The notes under the pieces are model-generated. The model made no database searches. It was not told the DNA's origin and saw only the letters and a program-made list of their open reading frames with translations. A program made the position numbers and the translations under genes. From contig JAAEQR010000142.1 in assembly GCA_024231215.1 (NCBI GenBank), positions 420,593-484,592 of the forward strand: a DNA stretch of 64,000 nucleotides, in the 5' to 3' direction. Each line of letters opens with the position of its first letter. Position 1 is the first letter of the stretch. Of the stretch, positions 7,544 through 16,944 are shown one piece after another. Source of the stretch: PVC group bacterium. GTDB taxonomy: Bacteria > Omnitrophota > Gorgyraeia > B26-G9.

Positions 7544-10431
7544 GCTTCTTTTAATTTTTCAACAGGGCAGTCGATTACCACTGTCCCGTTGGTACCTATC
7601 ACCCTGAATTTGCGTTCATCTTTTAGCTGCCCAATCAAGGAATACGGCACACCTTTAAGTGTCTGTTCAAACATCTTCTGCTTACGCGGTTCGACTTCTA
7701 CAACAAACCGGCTATTTGATTCTGAAAACAACAGCGTTTCGCTACTTAAATCTTTTTTATCAATCGCATGTTTCAGCCCGGATAAACAAACCTCCATACC
7801 CAAGCCTCCGGAAAATGCCATCTCAGCCATTGCAACTGCTAATCCTCCGTCGGAACAATCATGACACGACCGGACAAGTCCTTTGTTAACCGCACTGCTT
7901 AAATTTTCAAATATTTTAAGACTGTTTTTAAAATTAACTTTTGGCACATCCGGACTTGATAATCCGTTTACTGCGCAATAACTACTTCCGCCCATTTCAT
8001 CATAGGTAGTACCGATCACATATATAGCATTACCCGGGGCCTTAGCATCAGAAGATATTACTTTTTCAACATTCTCAACTACGCCCATAGCCGAGATCAA
8101 TAATGTCGGAGGAATAGACATCTTTTTACCCCCTACAGTAAACTCATTATTCAAACTGTCTTTGCCGGAAATAAATGGTATCTTATAAGCTAAAGAAGCA
8201 TCTTTACATCCCAAACACGCTCTAACCAGTTCGCCTAAGCCGGCCGGCTTAGAAGTATTTCCCCAACTGAAATTATCAAGCAAAGAAACCTTATTCAGAT
8301 TCCCTCCCACACTAATCACCTGCCGCAATGTTTCTTCAATACAAGAAACCGCCATCCAATAAGGATCAATGTCTCCATACCTTGAATTAATTCCACAGGA
8401 AACTACAATTCCTTTTTTTGATCCGGCTTTTGGTTTAATAACTGCTGCATCTTGAGGCCCGTCATTATTAACTCCACCTAAAGGTTTTAAAACACTCATT
8501 CCCTGCACCTCATGATCATACTGGCGGATTATCCATTCTTTACTGCAAACATTCAAATCTCCTAACACTTTCAGTAAACTAGAATTAAGATTTCTTGTCT
8601 TAGGCATTACTGATTTTTTAATTTTAGGTTTTTTCCAAATAGCCTTTCTTACTGTATCAGGAACTCCCTTATGTAAAAAATGCATATCCAAATCACAAAC
8701 TTTTGTTCCTTCATAAAAAAGCTCAAGATGATTAGTATTAGTAAATGTTCCGATAACGGTAGCTTCCACATTCTCCCGAGCAAAAAGATCTAATAGCTTC
8801 TTCAGCTTTGATTTTGGAACACTGATAACCATTCTTTCCTGAGCCTCGGAAATCCAAATCTCTTCATATGATAAACCGCTATATTTAAGAGGAACTTTTT
8901 CCAGGTCAACCCGCGCTCCGGTATCTTCGCCCATTTCACCTACCGCGCTGGAAAGCCCACCGGCGCCGCAATCAGTCACTGCAGTATACAAACCTTTATC
9001 CCGGGCCTGCAATAACGTATCTAAAACTTTTTTCTCAGTAATAGCATTACCGATCTGTACCGCACCGCTGGAAACAGTTTCCGACTCATGAGTTAGTTCT
9101 ATTGAAGAAAAAGTTGCTCCATGAATACCGTCCCGGCCGGTTCTGCCGCCGACAACTACAATATATTCATCAGAACTAACTTTTTTAAATGAGTGTTCTT
9201 TGGGTAGTATTCCTACTGTTCCGCAATATACAAGAGGATTTGAGGTATATCTTTCATCAAAAATAACCGAACCATTAGATGTTGGAATTCCCATCCGGTT
9301 GCCATAATCCCGAACCCCGGAAACTACGCCTTTCATAACTCTTTTAGGATGAAGCGCTCCCCTCGGCACTTTACTTACCGCAAGCTTAGGAGGCCCAAAA
9401 CAAAAAACATCTGTATTCATAATCGGCTTTGCCCCCAATCCCACACCCAAAATATCACGAATTACTCCGCCGATACCTGTTCCGGCTCCTCCATAAGGCT
9501 CAAGGGCTGAAGGATGGTTATGAGTTTCTACCTTAAAGCAAATATTATCGTCTTTATCAAAAGTGATGATTCCTGCATTATCTTTAAAAACAGAAATACA
9601 CCATTTTTTATTCAGCTTTTTGGTTGCCCCCATAATCGTCGATTTTAAAAGATTTTTAAAATTAGTAGTCTTTTTTGTTTCAGTATCTGTATATTTTATA
9701 TTTGCTTTAAGAGTTTTATGGCAGCAATGCTCTGACCAAGTCTGAGCCAGGGTTTCAAGTTCGCAATGATCAGGATTTCTTTTAAGCTTTTTAAAATAAT
9801 TCTGGATTATCTGCATTTCTTCTAAGGTCAGCGACAATTGCATCTGTTTACTTAATGCAATAAGTTTTCGGTCGAAAAGGTTAAGAAGGTCAACCGTGTT
9901 TTTTTTAAACTCGTAATTAACCTCTTTGTGAGCAATTAGAGTTTTTTTTAAATGCTCAACTTCAACAACATGCTGAATAACCTTATTATACAGCAGTTTT
10001 TCACTGATAAGAGAAAGTTGTTTTGCAAAAAGTCTGCCGTTAATCAAATACCGACGACCGGTCTTAATACTGTGCACCCCTTGAACATTTAAGTCCCGAA
10101 TCCCCTTTTTAGTACTTTCCTCCCATGGATCCATAACTCCGGGGTTATATGCAGTCTCAACTACGAAAAAATTTTTTTTCTTCTTAACTCTGAATTTTTT
10201 ATCTTCCAGTAATCCAAACTCATATTCCTGAATCACCCGGTCCGATAAAAGCTGGCCGCTTATTAGTTCTACCTGTTGTTTAGTAATATCTCCCTCTAAG
10301 ATATAGACCTGTATCATCTTAACGTCACTAACAGTATCAATGCCCAGATCAATAATATCCCGCTTTATACCCTGACCAACAGGATCCATCACCTGTGGTT
10401 TATTTTTAACCTCTATACGCCAAAACATCAT
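7519..10431 (-). CDS. purL: Phosphoribosylformylglycinamidine synthase, PurS-PurL fusion
   Basis: 970 aa. N-terminal ~80 aa resemble PurS (MMFWRIEVKNKPQVMDPVGQGIKRDIIDLGI). The rest is PurL with AIRS domains. ATGATG start at 10426-10431. Confidence 0.9.
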   Translation of the reverse strand: MMFWRIEVKNKPQVMDPVGQGIKRDIIDLGIDTVSDVKMIQVYILEGDITKQQVELISGQLLSDRVIQEYEFGLLEDKKFRVKKKKNFFVVETAYNPGVMDPWEESTKKGIRDLNVQGVHSIKTGRRYLINGRLFAKQLSLISEKLLYNKVIQHVVEVEHLKKTLIAHKEVNYEFKKNTVDLLNLFDRKLIALSKQMQLSLTLEEMQIIQNYFKKLKRNPDHCELETLAQTWSEHCCHKTLKANIKYTDTETKKTTNFKNLLKSTIMGATKKLNKKWCISVFKDNAGIITFDKDDNICFKVETHNHPSALEPYGGAGTGIGGVIRDILGVGLGAKPIMNTDVFCFGPPKLAVSKVPRGALHPKRVMKGVVSGVRDYGNRMGIPTSNGSVIFDERYTSNPLVYCGTVGILPKEHSFKKVSSDEYIVVVGGRTGRDGIHGATFSSIELTHESETVSSGAVQIGNAITEKKVLDTLLQARDKGLYTAVTDCGAGGLSSAVGEMGEDTGARVDLEKVPLKYSGLSYEEIWISEAQERMVISVPKSKLKKLLDLFARENVEATVIGTFTNTNHLELFYEGTKVCDLDMHFLHKGVPDTVRKAIWKKPKIKKSVMPKTRNLNSSLLKVLGDLNVCSKEWIIRQYDHEVQGMSVLKPLGGVNNDGPQDAAVIKPKAGSKKGIVVSCGINSRYGDIDPYWMAVSCIEETLRQVISVGGNLNKVSLLDNFSWGNTSKPAGLGELVRACLGCKDASLAYKIPFISGKDSLNNEFTVGGKKMSIPPTLLISAMGVVENVEKVISSDAKAPGNAIYVIGTTYDEMGGSSYCAVNGLSSPDVPKVNFKNSLKIFENLSSAVNKGLVRSCHDCSDGGLAVAMAEMAFSGGLGMEVCLSGLKHAIDKKDLSSETLLFSESNSRFVVEVEPRKQKMFEQTLKGVPYSLIGQLKDERKFRVIGTNGTVVIDCPVEKLKEAWQKPLRW

Positions 10432-10433
10432 TT

Positions 10434-10468
10434 CGTATCTCGTTCCTCGTATCTAGTATCTCGTGTTT
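10434..10468. repeat. Heptanucleotide tandem mini-array (about 5 x CGTATCT-like) in the purL 5' leader, includes the RBS
   Basis: cgtatct cgttcct cgtatct agtatct cgtgttt. On the mRNA sense strand it ends ...GAGGAACGAGATACGAAA-ATG. Confidence 0.6.
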
Positions 10469-10493
10469 AAAAAATTAATTTCAGTTCCCGACG

Positions 10494-11786
10494 TTAAATG
10501 CCTACACGCTTAAATATTGTTTCGATATTGCGCAGTACATATTTCAGATCAAAACAGCGATCTAATTCTTTTTGGCTAAAAACTTTCTTAACATCTTCGT
10601 CTTTCCCCAGAAGCTCTTTAAAATCAATTCCTTTTTCCCAGACCTTAAGCGCATTCCTTTGCACTACCTGATAAGCCTTTTCCCGTGACAACCCTTTCTC
10701 TATCAAAGCAATTAAAAGCCTTTGTGAAAACATGAGACCTTTTGTCTTGTTTAAATTATTCATCATGTTTTTCGGATAGACGATCAGCTTATCAGCTAAT
10801 TCCGTAAAAAGAGTCAACATATAATCAAGTACTATCGAAGAGTCCGGGATAATCACCCTTTCTACTGAAGAATGAGAAATATCTCTTTCATGCCACAAAG
10901 CTATATTTTCCATAGCTGCTAATGCATTGCCTCTTAGTATTCTGGCCATCCCGGAAATCCGCTCACAAGTAATGGGATTACGCTTATGCGGCATAGCAGA
11001 AGATCCTTTCTGCCCTTTTGAAAAATATTCTTCCACCTCTAAAATTTCCGTGTGCTGTAAATTCCTGATCTCTGTAGTGAATTTTTCCAAACTCGAACCG
11101 ATAATCGCTAATGTATTCATATATTGAGCATGACGATCACGCTGTACAACCTGACTAGCTACCGGCTCAACAGCTAATCCAAGTTTTTTCAAAACCATTC
11201 GCTCAACCCTAGGATCGATATTTGAATATGTCCCGACAGCACCGGAAAGTTTACCCACACATATATTCTTCTTGGCCTGTTCTAAGCGCTCCAGATTACG
11301 TTTTGTTTCTTCATACCAGAGAGCGAGTTTCAAACCAAAAGTTATCGGCTCAGCATGTACATTATGAGACCGGCCGGCCATCGGTGTGTATTTATGCTTT
11401 TTAGCCTTTTTCTTCAGCACTTTCAATAACGCTTTTAAATCTGCAATTAATATATCCAACGCATCTTTAAACTGTAATGCTGCCCCTGTATCTATAGCAT
11501 CATTGGAAGTCAATCCCATATGAATAAAGCGGGAATCAGGACCTACGTTTTCGGCAATACTGGTAAGAAAAGCAATAATATCATGTTTTGTCTTCTTTTC
11601 GATCTGCTTTATTCGTTTGATATCAAATTTAGCTCGTTTTTTTATGTTTTTCAGGGAAGATGCTGGAATTTTACCCAGTTTTGCCCAAGCCTCACAAACA
11701 GCAACCTCGACATCCAGCATTTTCTGCCATTTAGCCTGCTCTTCCCAAACCTTTCCCATCTTTTCCAAAGTATACCTTTTAATCAT
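10494..11786 (-). CDS. purB: Adenylosuccinate lyase
   Basis: 430 aa. Fumarase/ASL family with the GSSAMPHKRNP signature. Confidence 0.9.
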   Translation of the reverse strand: MIKRYTLEKMGKVWEEQAKWQKMLDVEVAVCEAWAKLGKIPASSLKNIKKRAKFDIKRIKQIEKKTKHDIIAFLTSIAENVGPDSRFIHMGLTSNDAIDTGAALQFKDALDILIADLKALLKVLKKKAKKHKYTPMAGRSHNVHAEPITFGLKLALWYEETKRNLERLEQAKKNICVGKLSGAVGTYSNIDPRVERMVLKKLGLAVEPVASQVVQRDRHAQYMNTLAIIGSSLEKFTTEIRNLQHTEILEVEEYFSKGQKGSSAMPHKRNPITCERISGMARILRGNALAAMENIALWHERDISHSSVERVIIPDSSIVLDYMLTLFTELADKLIVYPKNMMNNLNKTKGLMFSQRLLIALIEKGLSREKAYQVVQRNALKVWEKGIDFKELLGKDEDVKKVFSQKELDRCFDLKYVLRNIETIFKRVGI

Positions 11787-11810
11787 ATTACATCCTTTCG
11801 TAAGTATATA

Positions 11811-11839
11811 ATAATAACAAATTATTCAGGTTACGTCAA
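11811..11839 (-). promoter_or_regulatory. Candidate sigma70-type promoter for purB (and the downstream pur genes)
   Basis: On the minus strand: TTGACG (plus 11834-11839), 17-nt spacer, TATTAT (plus 11811-11816), about 25 nt upstream of the purB ATG. Found by eye only. Confidence 0.3.
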
Positions 11840-11901
11840 CTTGGATTTTATATAGGTAAAATAAGGTAAGAATACAACATAATACTCATTCAAAAAACAC
11901 T

Positions 11902-12750
11902 TCAGAACGTAATCATGTCTGCAGATTGTAACGGAAAAGTAATCGTAAAACTGGTTCCTTTGCCCTCTTCACTAGCAACACCAACCGTACCTTTATGCTG
12001 CTCAACAACACGATAAACAATCGACAACCCCATGCCCATCCCCTTATCAGGAGACTTTGTTGTATAAAATGGATTGAAAACATTCTCTAACTTATCTGGA
12101 GAAATACCGCATCCGGTATCTTCAAATTTAACAACAATATTTTTTCCATTCTCGCTCAATTCCGTATTTACTCGAAGTTCTCCACCTTCAGAAGAATCCA
12201 AGCTTTCAATCGCATCTTTGGCATTGTTGATCAAGTTTAAAAATACCTGTTCTAATTGATGGACATCACCCCCTAATTCAGGTAGATTATTATCGAGTTT
12301 TGCGATTAAACGAATATTTTTCTTTTGCAATTCTTTTTCTAGAAGCGATAAAGAATCTTCAAGCGACCGATTAATATCTAATTTTTTAATATTTGACTTA
12401 GAACTTCCGGCAAAAAAACGAACACTTTTAATAATTCTGTCCATCCTATCCGCTTCCTGGATAATCTTAGCTACATCATCCCGCAGCGGACTATCTGTTT
12501 CCAAATCCATAAATACTGCCTGGGCAAAACCTCTAACCCCGGTTAAAGGCTGATTTAACTCATGCGAAATCCCTGCTGCCAGCTGTCCGATTGCGATCAT
12601 TTTATTTGACTGAACAAGTTCTTCCTGCGCTTCTTCAAAATTCTGAACTTTCCGATATTTCGCCTCTAAAAACTCCATTTCCGCAAGATTACTACGTAAA
12701 ACTTTTACTTCCTCAATTAGCTGTTCTTTAGTTTTATCTCGATCTTCCAC
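11902..12750 (-). CDS. Cytoplasmic sensor histidine kinase (HisKA + HATPase_c), orphan (no adjacent response regulator)
   Basis: 282 aa. Coiled-coil N-terminus, H-box ISHELNQPL, G-boxes DTGCGI and GMGMGLSIV, no TM segment. Confidence 0.75.
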   Translation of the reverse strand: MEDRDKTKEQLIEEVKVLRSNLAEMEFLEAKYRKVQNFEEAQEELVQSNKMIAIGQLAAGISHELNQPLTGVRGFAQAVFMDLETDSPLRDDVAKIIQEADRMDRIIKSVRFFAGSSKSNIKKLDINRSLEDSLSLLEKELQKKNIRLIAKLDNNLPELGGDVHQLEQVFLNLINNAKDAIESLDSSEGGELRVNTELSENGKNIVVKFEDTGCGISPDKLENVFNPFYTTKSPDKGMGMGLSIVYRVVEQHKGTVGVASEEGKGTSFTITFPLQSADMITF

Positions 12751-12917
12751 GAAAATATCTCCCTTATAAGTGAATCAATGGAAATCATAATATTATATGT
12801 TTTTCTAGTATGTTTTAAATGTATTAGGTATACCTTATTATATACAGCTAAATGATACATCATTATAACCTATCTGTCAAGGGAATAAATCTGTTTATAA
12901 AAACCAAAAAATAAGGC

Positions 12918-12945
12918 ATTGACTTTCAAACCTTGTATGATATAA
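12918..12945 (+). promoter_or_regulatory. Sigma70-type promoter with extended -10, driving tRNA-Glu
   Basis: TTGACT (12918-12923), 16-nt spacer, TGaTATAAT (-10 at 12940-12945). The tRNA starts about 20 nt downstream. Confidence 0.5.
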
Positions 12946-12965
12946 TTTTTGAATAATAAGACTAT

Positions 12966-13043
12966 GGTCCCATCGTCTAGTCTGGTCTAGGACGCCAGAT
13001 TCTCATTCTGGTAACACGGGTTCGAATCCCGTTGGGACTACCA
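12966..13043 (+). tRNA. tRNA-Glu (anticodon CUC)
   Basis: 78 nt cloverleaf folded by hand. Acceptor GGTCCCA/TGGGACT with G1·T wobble. Anticodon stem CCAGA/TCTGG, loop TTCTCAT (CTC). T-arm ACGGG-TTCGAAT-CCCGT. Discriminator A, encoded CCA. Confidence 0.85.
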
Positions 13044-13054
13044 AAAAGAAAAAA

Positions 13055-13087
13055 GGTCACTCTACAGAGTGACCTTTTGCTTTTTGG
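13055..13087. terminator. Bidirectional rho-independent terminator (ends the tRNA-Glu transcript on the plus strand and the long minus-strand V-ATPase transcript)
   Basis: Stem GGTCACTC / GAGTGACC with a 4-nt loop. Flanked by AAAAAAGAAAAAA upstream and TTTTGCTTTTT downstream, so a U-tract follows the hairpin on both strands. Confidence 0.6.
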
Positions 13088-13201
13088 TTACTTCTCCAAC
13101 CCAGGGATTCGAACAAAAAGAGGATTTTAAAGAAAAGGAGCTAAAGCCGTTAGTCCCGCCGTAGGTGGGAACGGAGTCTGCACGTTAGTGCAGCGCAGTG
13201 C

Positions 13202-13456
13202 TTAAGCGACGTGAGATTCCCGTTGGGCTTTACTCTTGTAAGAATAGCACTTAAAATCATCCTCACCCTGTTGGTCTATACGATTTAGCATACAAAGAAT
13301 TTCTTCTTTTTTATCTCCATCGTACTTACACATAACACACAAACTCTGTTTAGGTACCAACGCAGGATTTACTGGCGTGCCATCATCCAAAAAATATCCT
13401 TCTAATTCTTCATCCATAGCCTTATTCCTTCGCAACAAGCCAAGCAAAGAGACCAA
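13202..13456 (-). CDS. Small Cys-containing hypothetical protein (last gene before the bidirectional terminator)
   Basis: 84 aa (71 aa if started at MDEELEGYF). Motifs CVMC...C...C, no recognisable family. Confidence 0.4.
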   Translation of the reverse strand: MVSLLGLLRRNKAMDEELEGYFLDDGTPVNPALVPKQSLCVMCKYDGDKKEEILCMLNRIDQQGEDDFKCYSYKSKAQRESHVA

Positions 13457-13461
13457 AAACC

Positions 13462-13968
13462 TTACAACTTATATTTAATCTGCCTCAGCAAATCCTTACG
13501 ACACTTAATATCTTCTTCCTGTTCTATGCCTTTTGGCTTATCGCCGTCTACTACTCCGAGAATCCCTCTTCTGCCCCCTCTATCTGCAACAACCACTTCT
13601 AAAGAATTAGCTGTAGCACAAAATATATTACAGACTTCCGGTACGTTTTTCAGGACACCCAAAACATTAATTGGATAAGCCTCACGCATAAAAATAATAA
13701 AAGAATGTCCGGCACTTATTTTGAAAGCATTATCTATCGCTGCCTTTTTCAATTCTTCATCATTTCCCTCATAACGAACAAGACATTTTCCAGATGCTTC
13801 GCAAAACGCAACCCCAAATTTTATATTTGGCACAGTATTTACCAAAGCCTCGTAAATGTCTTCTACTGTTTTAATGAAATGTGCCTGTCCGATAATCACG
13901 TTAGCATCTTTAGGAGTATTAACGTGAATATTTCGCATATCCATACATTCCCTCCAATATTTAAGCAA
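13462..13968 (-). CDS. Conserved hypothetical protein, possibly adenosine-specific-kinase-like (PF04008) family
   Basis: 168 aa. IIGQAHFIKTVEDIYEAL resembles what I recall of PF04008. Start overlaps the ntpK stop by 8 nt, so it is translationally coupled to the V-ATPase operon. Confidence 0.5.
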   Translation of the reverse strand: MLKYWRECMDMRNIHVNTPKDANVIIGQAHFIKTVEDIYEALVNTVPNIKFGVAFCEASGKCLVRYEGNDEELKKAAIDNAFKISAGHSFIIFMREAYPINVLGVLKNVPEVCNIFCATANSLEVVVADRGGRRGILGVVDGDKPKGIEQEEDIKCRKDLLRQIKYKL

Positions 13969-14413
13969 TAATTCCCTTAATCAAGAAACATGCAGCAAAC
14001 GCAACAATCGCGTATAATTCCGGAAATACTGCCAAAACCATTGTCTTTCCAAAGACATCTGAACCACCGGCAATTCCGGCGATTCCATTAGCACAAACTT
14101 TTCCCTGATAGATCGCAGAGATCAATCCAGCCACTCCCATCATTATCCCGGCTCCTAATAAAGCTGCTCCCTGCATTATTGTGATTTCCGGAGTTAAGAC
14201 ATCTTTTAATACAAAAAAAGCGGCAAATCCATATAATCCCTGTGTCCCGGGAAGAGCACTCAGCACTAAACAGCTTGCAAACGCTTCTTCTTTTCTCTTT
14301 AGCGCTCCCACTGTTGCCGAACCTCCAATAGAAGTTCCAATCGCACTACCACAACCAGACAATCCCACCATAAGACCAACCCCGATAAATCCTAAAATTA
14401 ATGCTAATGTCAT
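13961..14413 (-). CDS. ntpK: V-type ATPase subunit K (proteolipid c-ring subunit)
   Basis: 150 aa. Duplicated hairpin of Gly/Ala-rich TM helices (GIAGIAGG, LGAGIMMGVAGL). AGGAG RBS. Confidence 0.85.
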   Translation of the reverse strand: MTLALILGFIGVGLMVGLSGCGSAIGTSIGGSATVGALKRKEEAFASCLVLSALPGTQGLYGFAAFFVLKDVLTPEITIMQGAALLGAGIMMGVAGLISAIYQGKVCANGIAGIAGGSDVFGKTMVLAVFPELYAIVAFAACFLIKGIIA

Positions 14414-14489
14414 TTGTTACTCCTTTCCATTTATTTGTTTCATGTTAAATGTGTTATATTTAATGCTAAAAATCCTATCTTCTGTTTTT

Positions 14490-14517
14490 CTATCAGCCAT
14501 CAGCTATGAGCCATGAG
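14490..14517. repeat. Heptanucleotide tandem mini-array (4 x CYATSAG) overlapping the ntpI stop, upstream of ntpK
   Basis: ctatcag ccatcag ctatgag ccatgag. A weaker TNNATGT-period block lies at 14425-14452, next to the ntpK RBS. Confidence 0.5.
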
Positions 14518-16285
14518 CTTTTTTGAACGGACTATATGCCCTTCCTCCACCTTCAAAACCAGCATTTTTATAAAATTCCACAAACGTTAAACGCAACGGA
14601 TGCACAAAACTCGAAAGCGCTCCTAAAGCAAAATTCAAACTATGTAAAACAACTAATAATATTAGTGTCAGAAAAAAACCGATTATCGGAATATCTTTAC
14701 ATTGTAATGCAATACTATTAAAGACAAAGCCCAGTATTGTGCTTGAGATTCCCAACGCAAAGAGCCGCACATAGCTTAAAATATCACCTAAGAACCCGGT
14801 CAAACCTCCGTATAATTCCCAAAGCCCCTTACCGATTCTCACAAAAATATTAGCTTTTAGATCATTAAATAACAAAATTAATACTAGCCCGATTAATGCT
14901 ATCCATTGGGCCCATTGAGGCGATGAATTTTTCCCCAAATATGCAAGAACTAATGGCAATACGCCGGTAAGCATCAGCATCCAACCCCAAGTTGATAAAC
15001 TTTCCATCAAACCGAATTGACGTATCTTTCCGATCGCTTTTAGCAGTAGGCCGAAAAATATTTGCACAACTCCTATTTTAAGCGATAAATAAAAAAGCTG
15101 ATTCGAATTTAACAAGACCATTTCTTCAAAAAACTCGATATTCACAAGCTCGATTCCAAACAAGTTACCGCAAATAATCCCGAACAAAAAAGTAGAAACT
15201 CCAAAAATTGATCCTAAGATTAAAAATGGTTTTTTATCACAAGATACCTTTTTCCAAAATATTGCACAAATAAATAAAATGATCAATCCATAACCAGCAT
15301 CAGCTAAACAAAACCCGAAAAACAAAGTAAAAAACGGAGCAAAAAACGCCGTTAAATCCATCTCCATATATTGCGGCAAAGCAAACATTTTAGTTATCGG
15401 CTCAAACAAACGTGCAAAACGATTGTTCTTAAGTAAAACCGGGATCATTTCACCTTTTTGAGGATCGGAAGCTTCAAAATACACTTCTTTTTTCTCCAGA
15501 AACTTCTCAACTTTTTCCATAAGTTTTCGCGGCACCCAGCCGTTCAATATATATATATTTCCTTCTACCGCTGAGCCCAGCCCCTGGCTAACCGCAAGAT
15601 ATGCTCGTTCAGTATGTAAAGTATTCCAAAATTCGCAAACCTCATCAGTATACGCAAACAATCCGTCCCTCTGTTTTAGCTTTTGGCTTTTTTGAACTTC
15701 CAAATCCGCTAATTCAGCTTCCAGTTTTTGTTTATCTGTATGTGGGTAAAAAAACTCATCACAGTCCAGCTCTATTTTCTCCTCTTTTTCCAAAACAACA
15801 AAGTAGACATATGTCTTATCCCGGGATATCTCCTCATAACATATATCCTTACTAGCGCATACTTCAAATTTCTTTATCGGGGTAATGAAAAACCTCATAT
15901 TAACCCCTGCTTGTTTTAATTTTTCCACATATTCAATATCAAAATCACCCCAGGGAGCTAAATTACGCAACTCTCTGGATATCTGTTCATGCCGCTCCTG
16001 CATATGCCGCAATTCTTCGCGGATCCCCTCGTAGGACTCCACGTACGAAAAAACATCACCCTGTTTTTCAGAAGAGACATCTGCTTCTTTTTTATTCTTA
16101 CGCGCAATTTTTAAAAATGACTCGCAACGTTCAATCTGTTTCTCGCGATCTTCCAAATCTTCATTTTTTAGTTCTTTTTTTTCTAAGCTTATATGCACTA
16201 CTCCTAAATCCTGCAACGCAAATAAAAAATCATCTTTATCTTTATGAAAAATTAAAGCTGTGAGTTTTTTCATCGGGACAATCAT
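14504..16285 (-). CDS. ntpI: V-type ATPase subunit I (membrane a-subunit)
   Basis: 593 aa. Cytoplasmic coiled-coil N-terminal half, multi-TM C-terminal half with a conserved Arg-containing helix. Confidence 0.85.
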   Translation of the reverse strand: MIVPMKKLTALIFHKDKDDFLFALQDLGVVHISLEKKELKNEDLEDREKQIERCESFLKIARKNKKEADVSSEKQGDVFSYVESYEGIREELRHMQERHEQISRELRNLAPWGDFDIEYVEKLKQAGVNMRFFITPIKKFEVCASKDICYEEISRDKTYVYFVVLEKEEKIELDCDEFFYPHTDKQKLEAELADLEVQKSQKLKQRDGLFAYTDEVCEFWNTLHTERAYLAVSQGLGSAVEGNIYILNGWVPRKLMEKVEKFLEKKEVYFEASDPQKGEMIPVLLKNNRFARLFEPITKMFALPQYMEMDLTAFFAPFFTLFFGFCLADAGYGLIILFICAIFWKKVSCDKKPFLILGSIFGVSTFLFGIICGNLFGIELVNIEFFEEMVLLNSNQLFYLSLKIGVVQIFFGLLLKAIGKIRQFGLMESLSTWGWMLMLTGVLPLVLAYLGKNSSPQWAQWIALIGLVLILLFNDLKANIFVRIGKGLWELYGGLTGFLGDILSYVRLFALGISSTILGFVFNSIALQCKDIPIIGFFLTLILLVVLHSLNFALGALSSFVHPLRLTFVEFYKNAGFEGGGRAYSPFKKAHGS

Positions 16286-16872
16286 ACTGTCGCTGCCTCC
16301 ATTCGACGTTTTAATACTTTCTGGGAAGATTTGGAAAGATTATCTTCATCTTCCAAGTATCGCTTGATCTTACGAATAGTCTCTTCAAAAAAAGGTATCT
16401 GTACTTTTTCATACAAATTCACCTTTTGAGTAGTTTTGCGCCGGGCATATTCAACACTTTTTAAAATTTTTTCTTCGGTTAAATGTTCTACTTTTAATCT
16501 GATTACTTCTTTTATCTCCTCTCTGCCCCGTAATACCCAGGCAGGATAAGCAAATAAACTAAAAGACCCCGGGGGGAAAATCACTTCCTTTATAACTTTC
16601 ACCTTAATACTGGCAATTTTTTTGTCGACAAGATCTACTTTTTCCAGCCTTACCAAATCTGGAAATTCGCTCCATAACCGTTTCATCCCAGCCAGAGATT
16701 CTATCTTTGCCTGGACTTTTTTATCTAATTCTTTAATCCTAGCCCGAATCCGCTTTGTCTCAGCTCGTAAAGCAGCTTCTTTGCTTTGCAATACGGGAAG
16801 CGCATTCATGCGAATCTTCAAATCCCTATTTATCTGAATCAATGTAATTTTATTATATTGTATCTGCGCCAT
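16282..16872 (-). CDS. ntpD: V-type ATPase subunit D
   Basis: 196 aa. MAQIQYNKITLIQINRDLKIRMNALPVLQ is a typical subunit D N-terminus. 4-nt overlap with ntpI. Confidence 0.85.
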   Translation of the reverse strand: MAQIQYNKITLIQINRDLKIRMNALPVLQSKEAALRAETKRIRARIKELDKKVQAKIESLAGMKRLWSEFPDLVRLEKVDLVDKKIASIKVKVIKEVIFPPGSFSLFAYPAWVLRGREEIKEVIRLKVEHLTEEKILKSVEYARRKTTQKVNLYEKVQIPFFEETIRKIKRYLEDEDNLSKSSQKVLKRRMEAATV

Positions 16873-16923
16873 AATAATTTATACCAATTAAGAATTAATT
16901 TTTTATCTTTTTTTGTCTTACTA

Positions 16924-16944
16924 CTTACAGCTTATAGCTTACGG
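16924..16944. repeat. Heptanucleotide tandem mini-array (3 x CTTAYRG) overlapping the ntpB stop, upstream of ntpD
   Basis: cttacag cttatag cttacgg. Same motif family as the array at 58053-58087. Confidence 0.5.

Noticed and set aside
7519-10431. The 970-aa PurL looked too long; possible frameshift fusion of purS and purL
   Set aside because: The frame is continuous from the ATGATG start, with a PurS-like N-domain flowing into PurL without stop or shift. Natural PurS-PurL fusions are known, so this is not called a pseudogene.
13093-13180. Possible minus-strand tRNA or tmRNA 3' end, suggested by GTTCGAATCCCTGG (T-loop-like)
   Set aside because: Manual folding gives no 5-bp T-stem (TTTTG versus CCCTG do not pair). 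There is no acceptor-stem partner and no CCA. I treat it as a degenerate fragment only.
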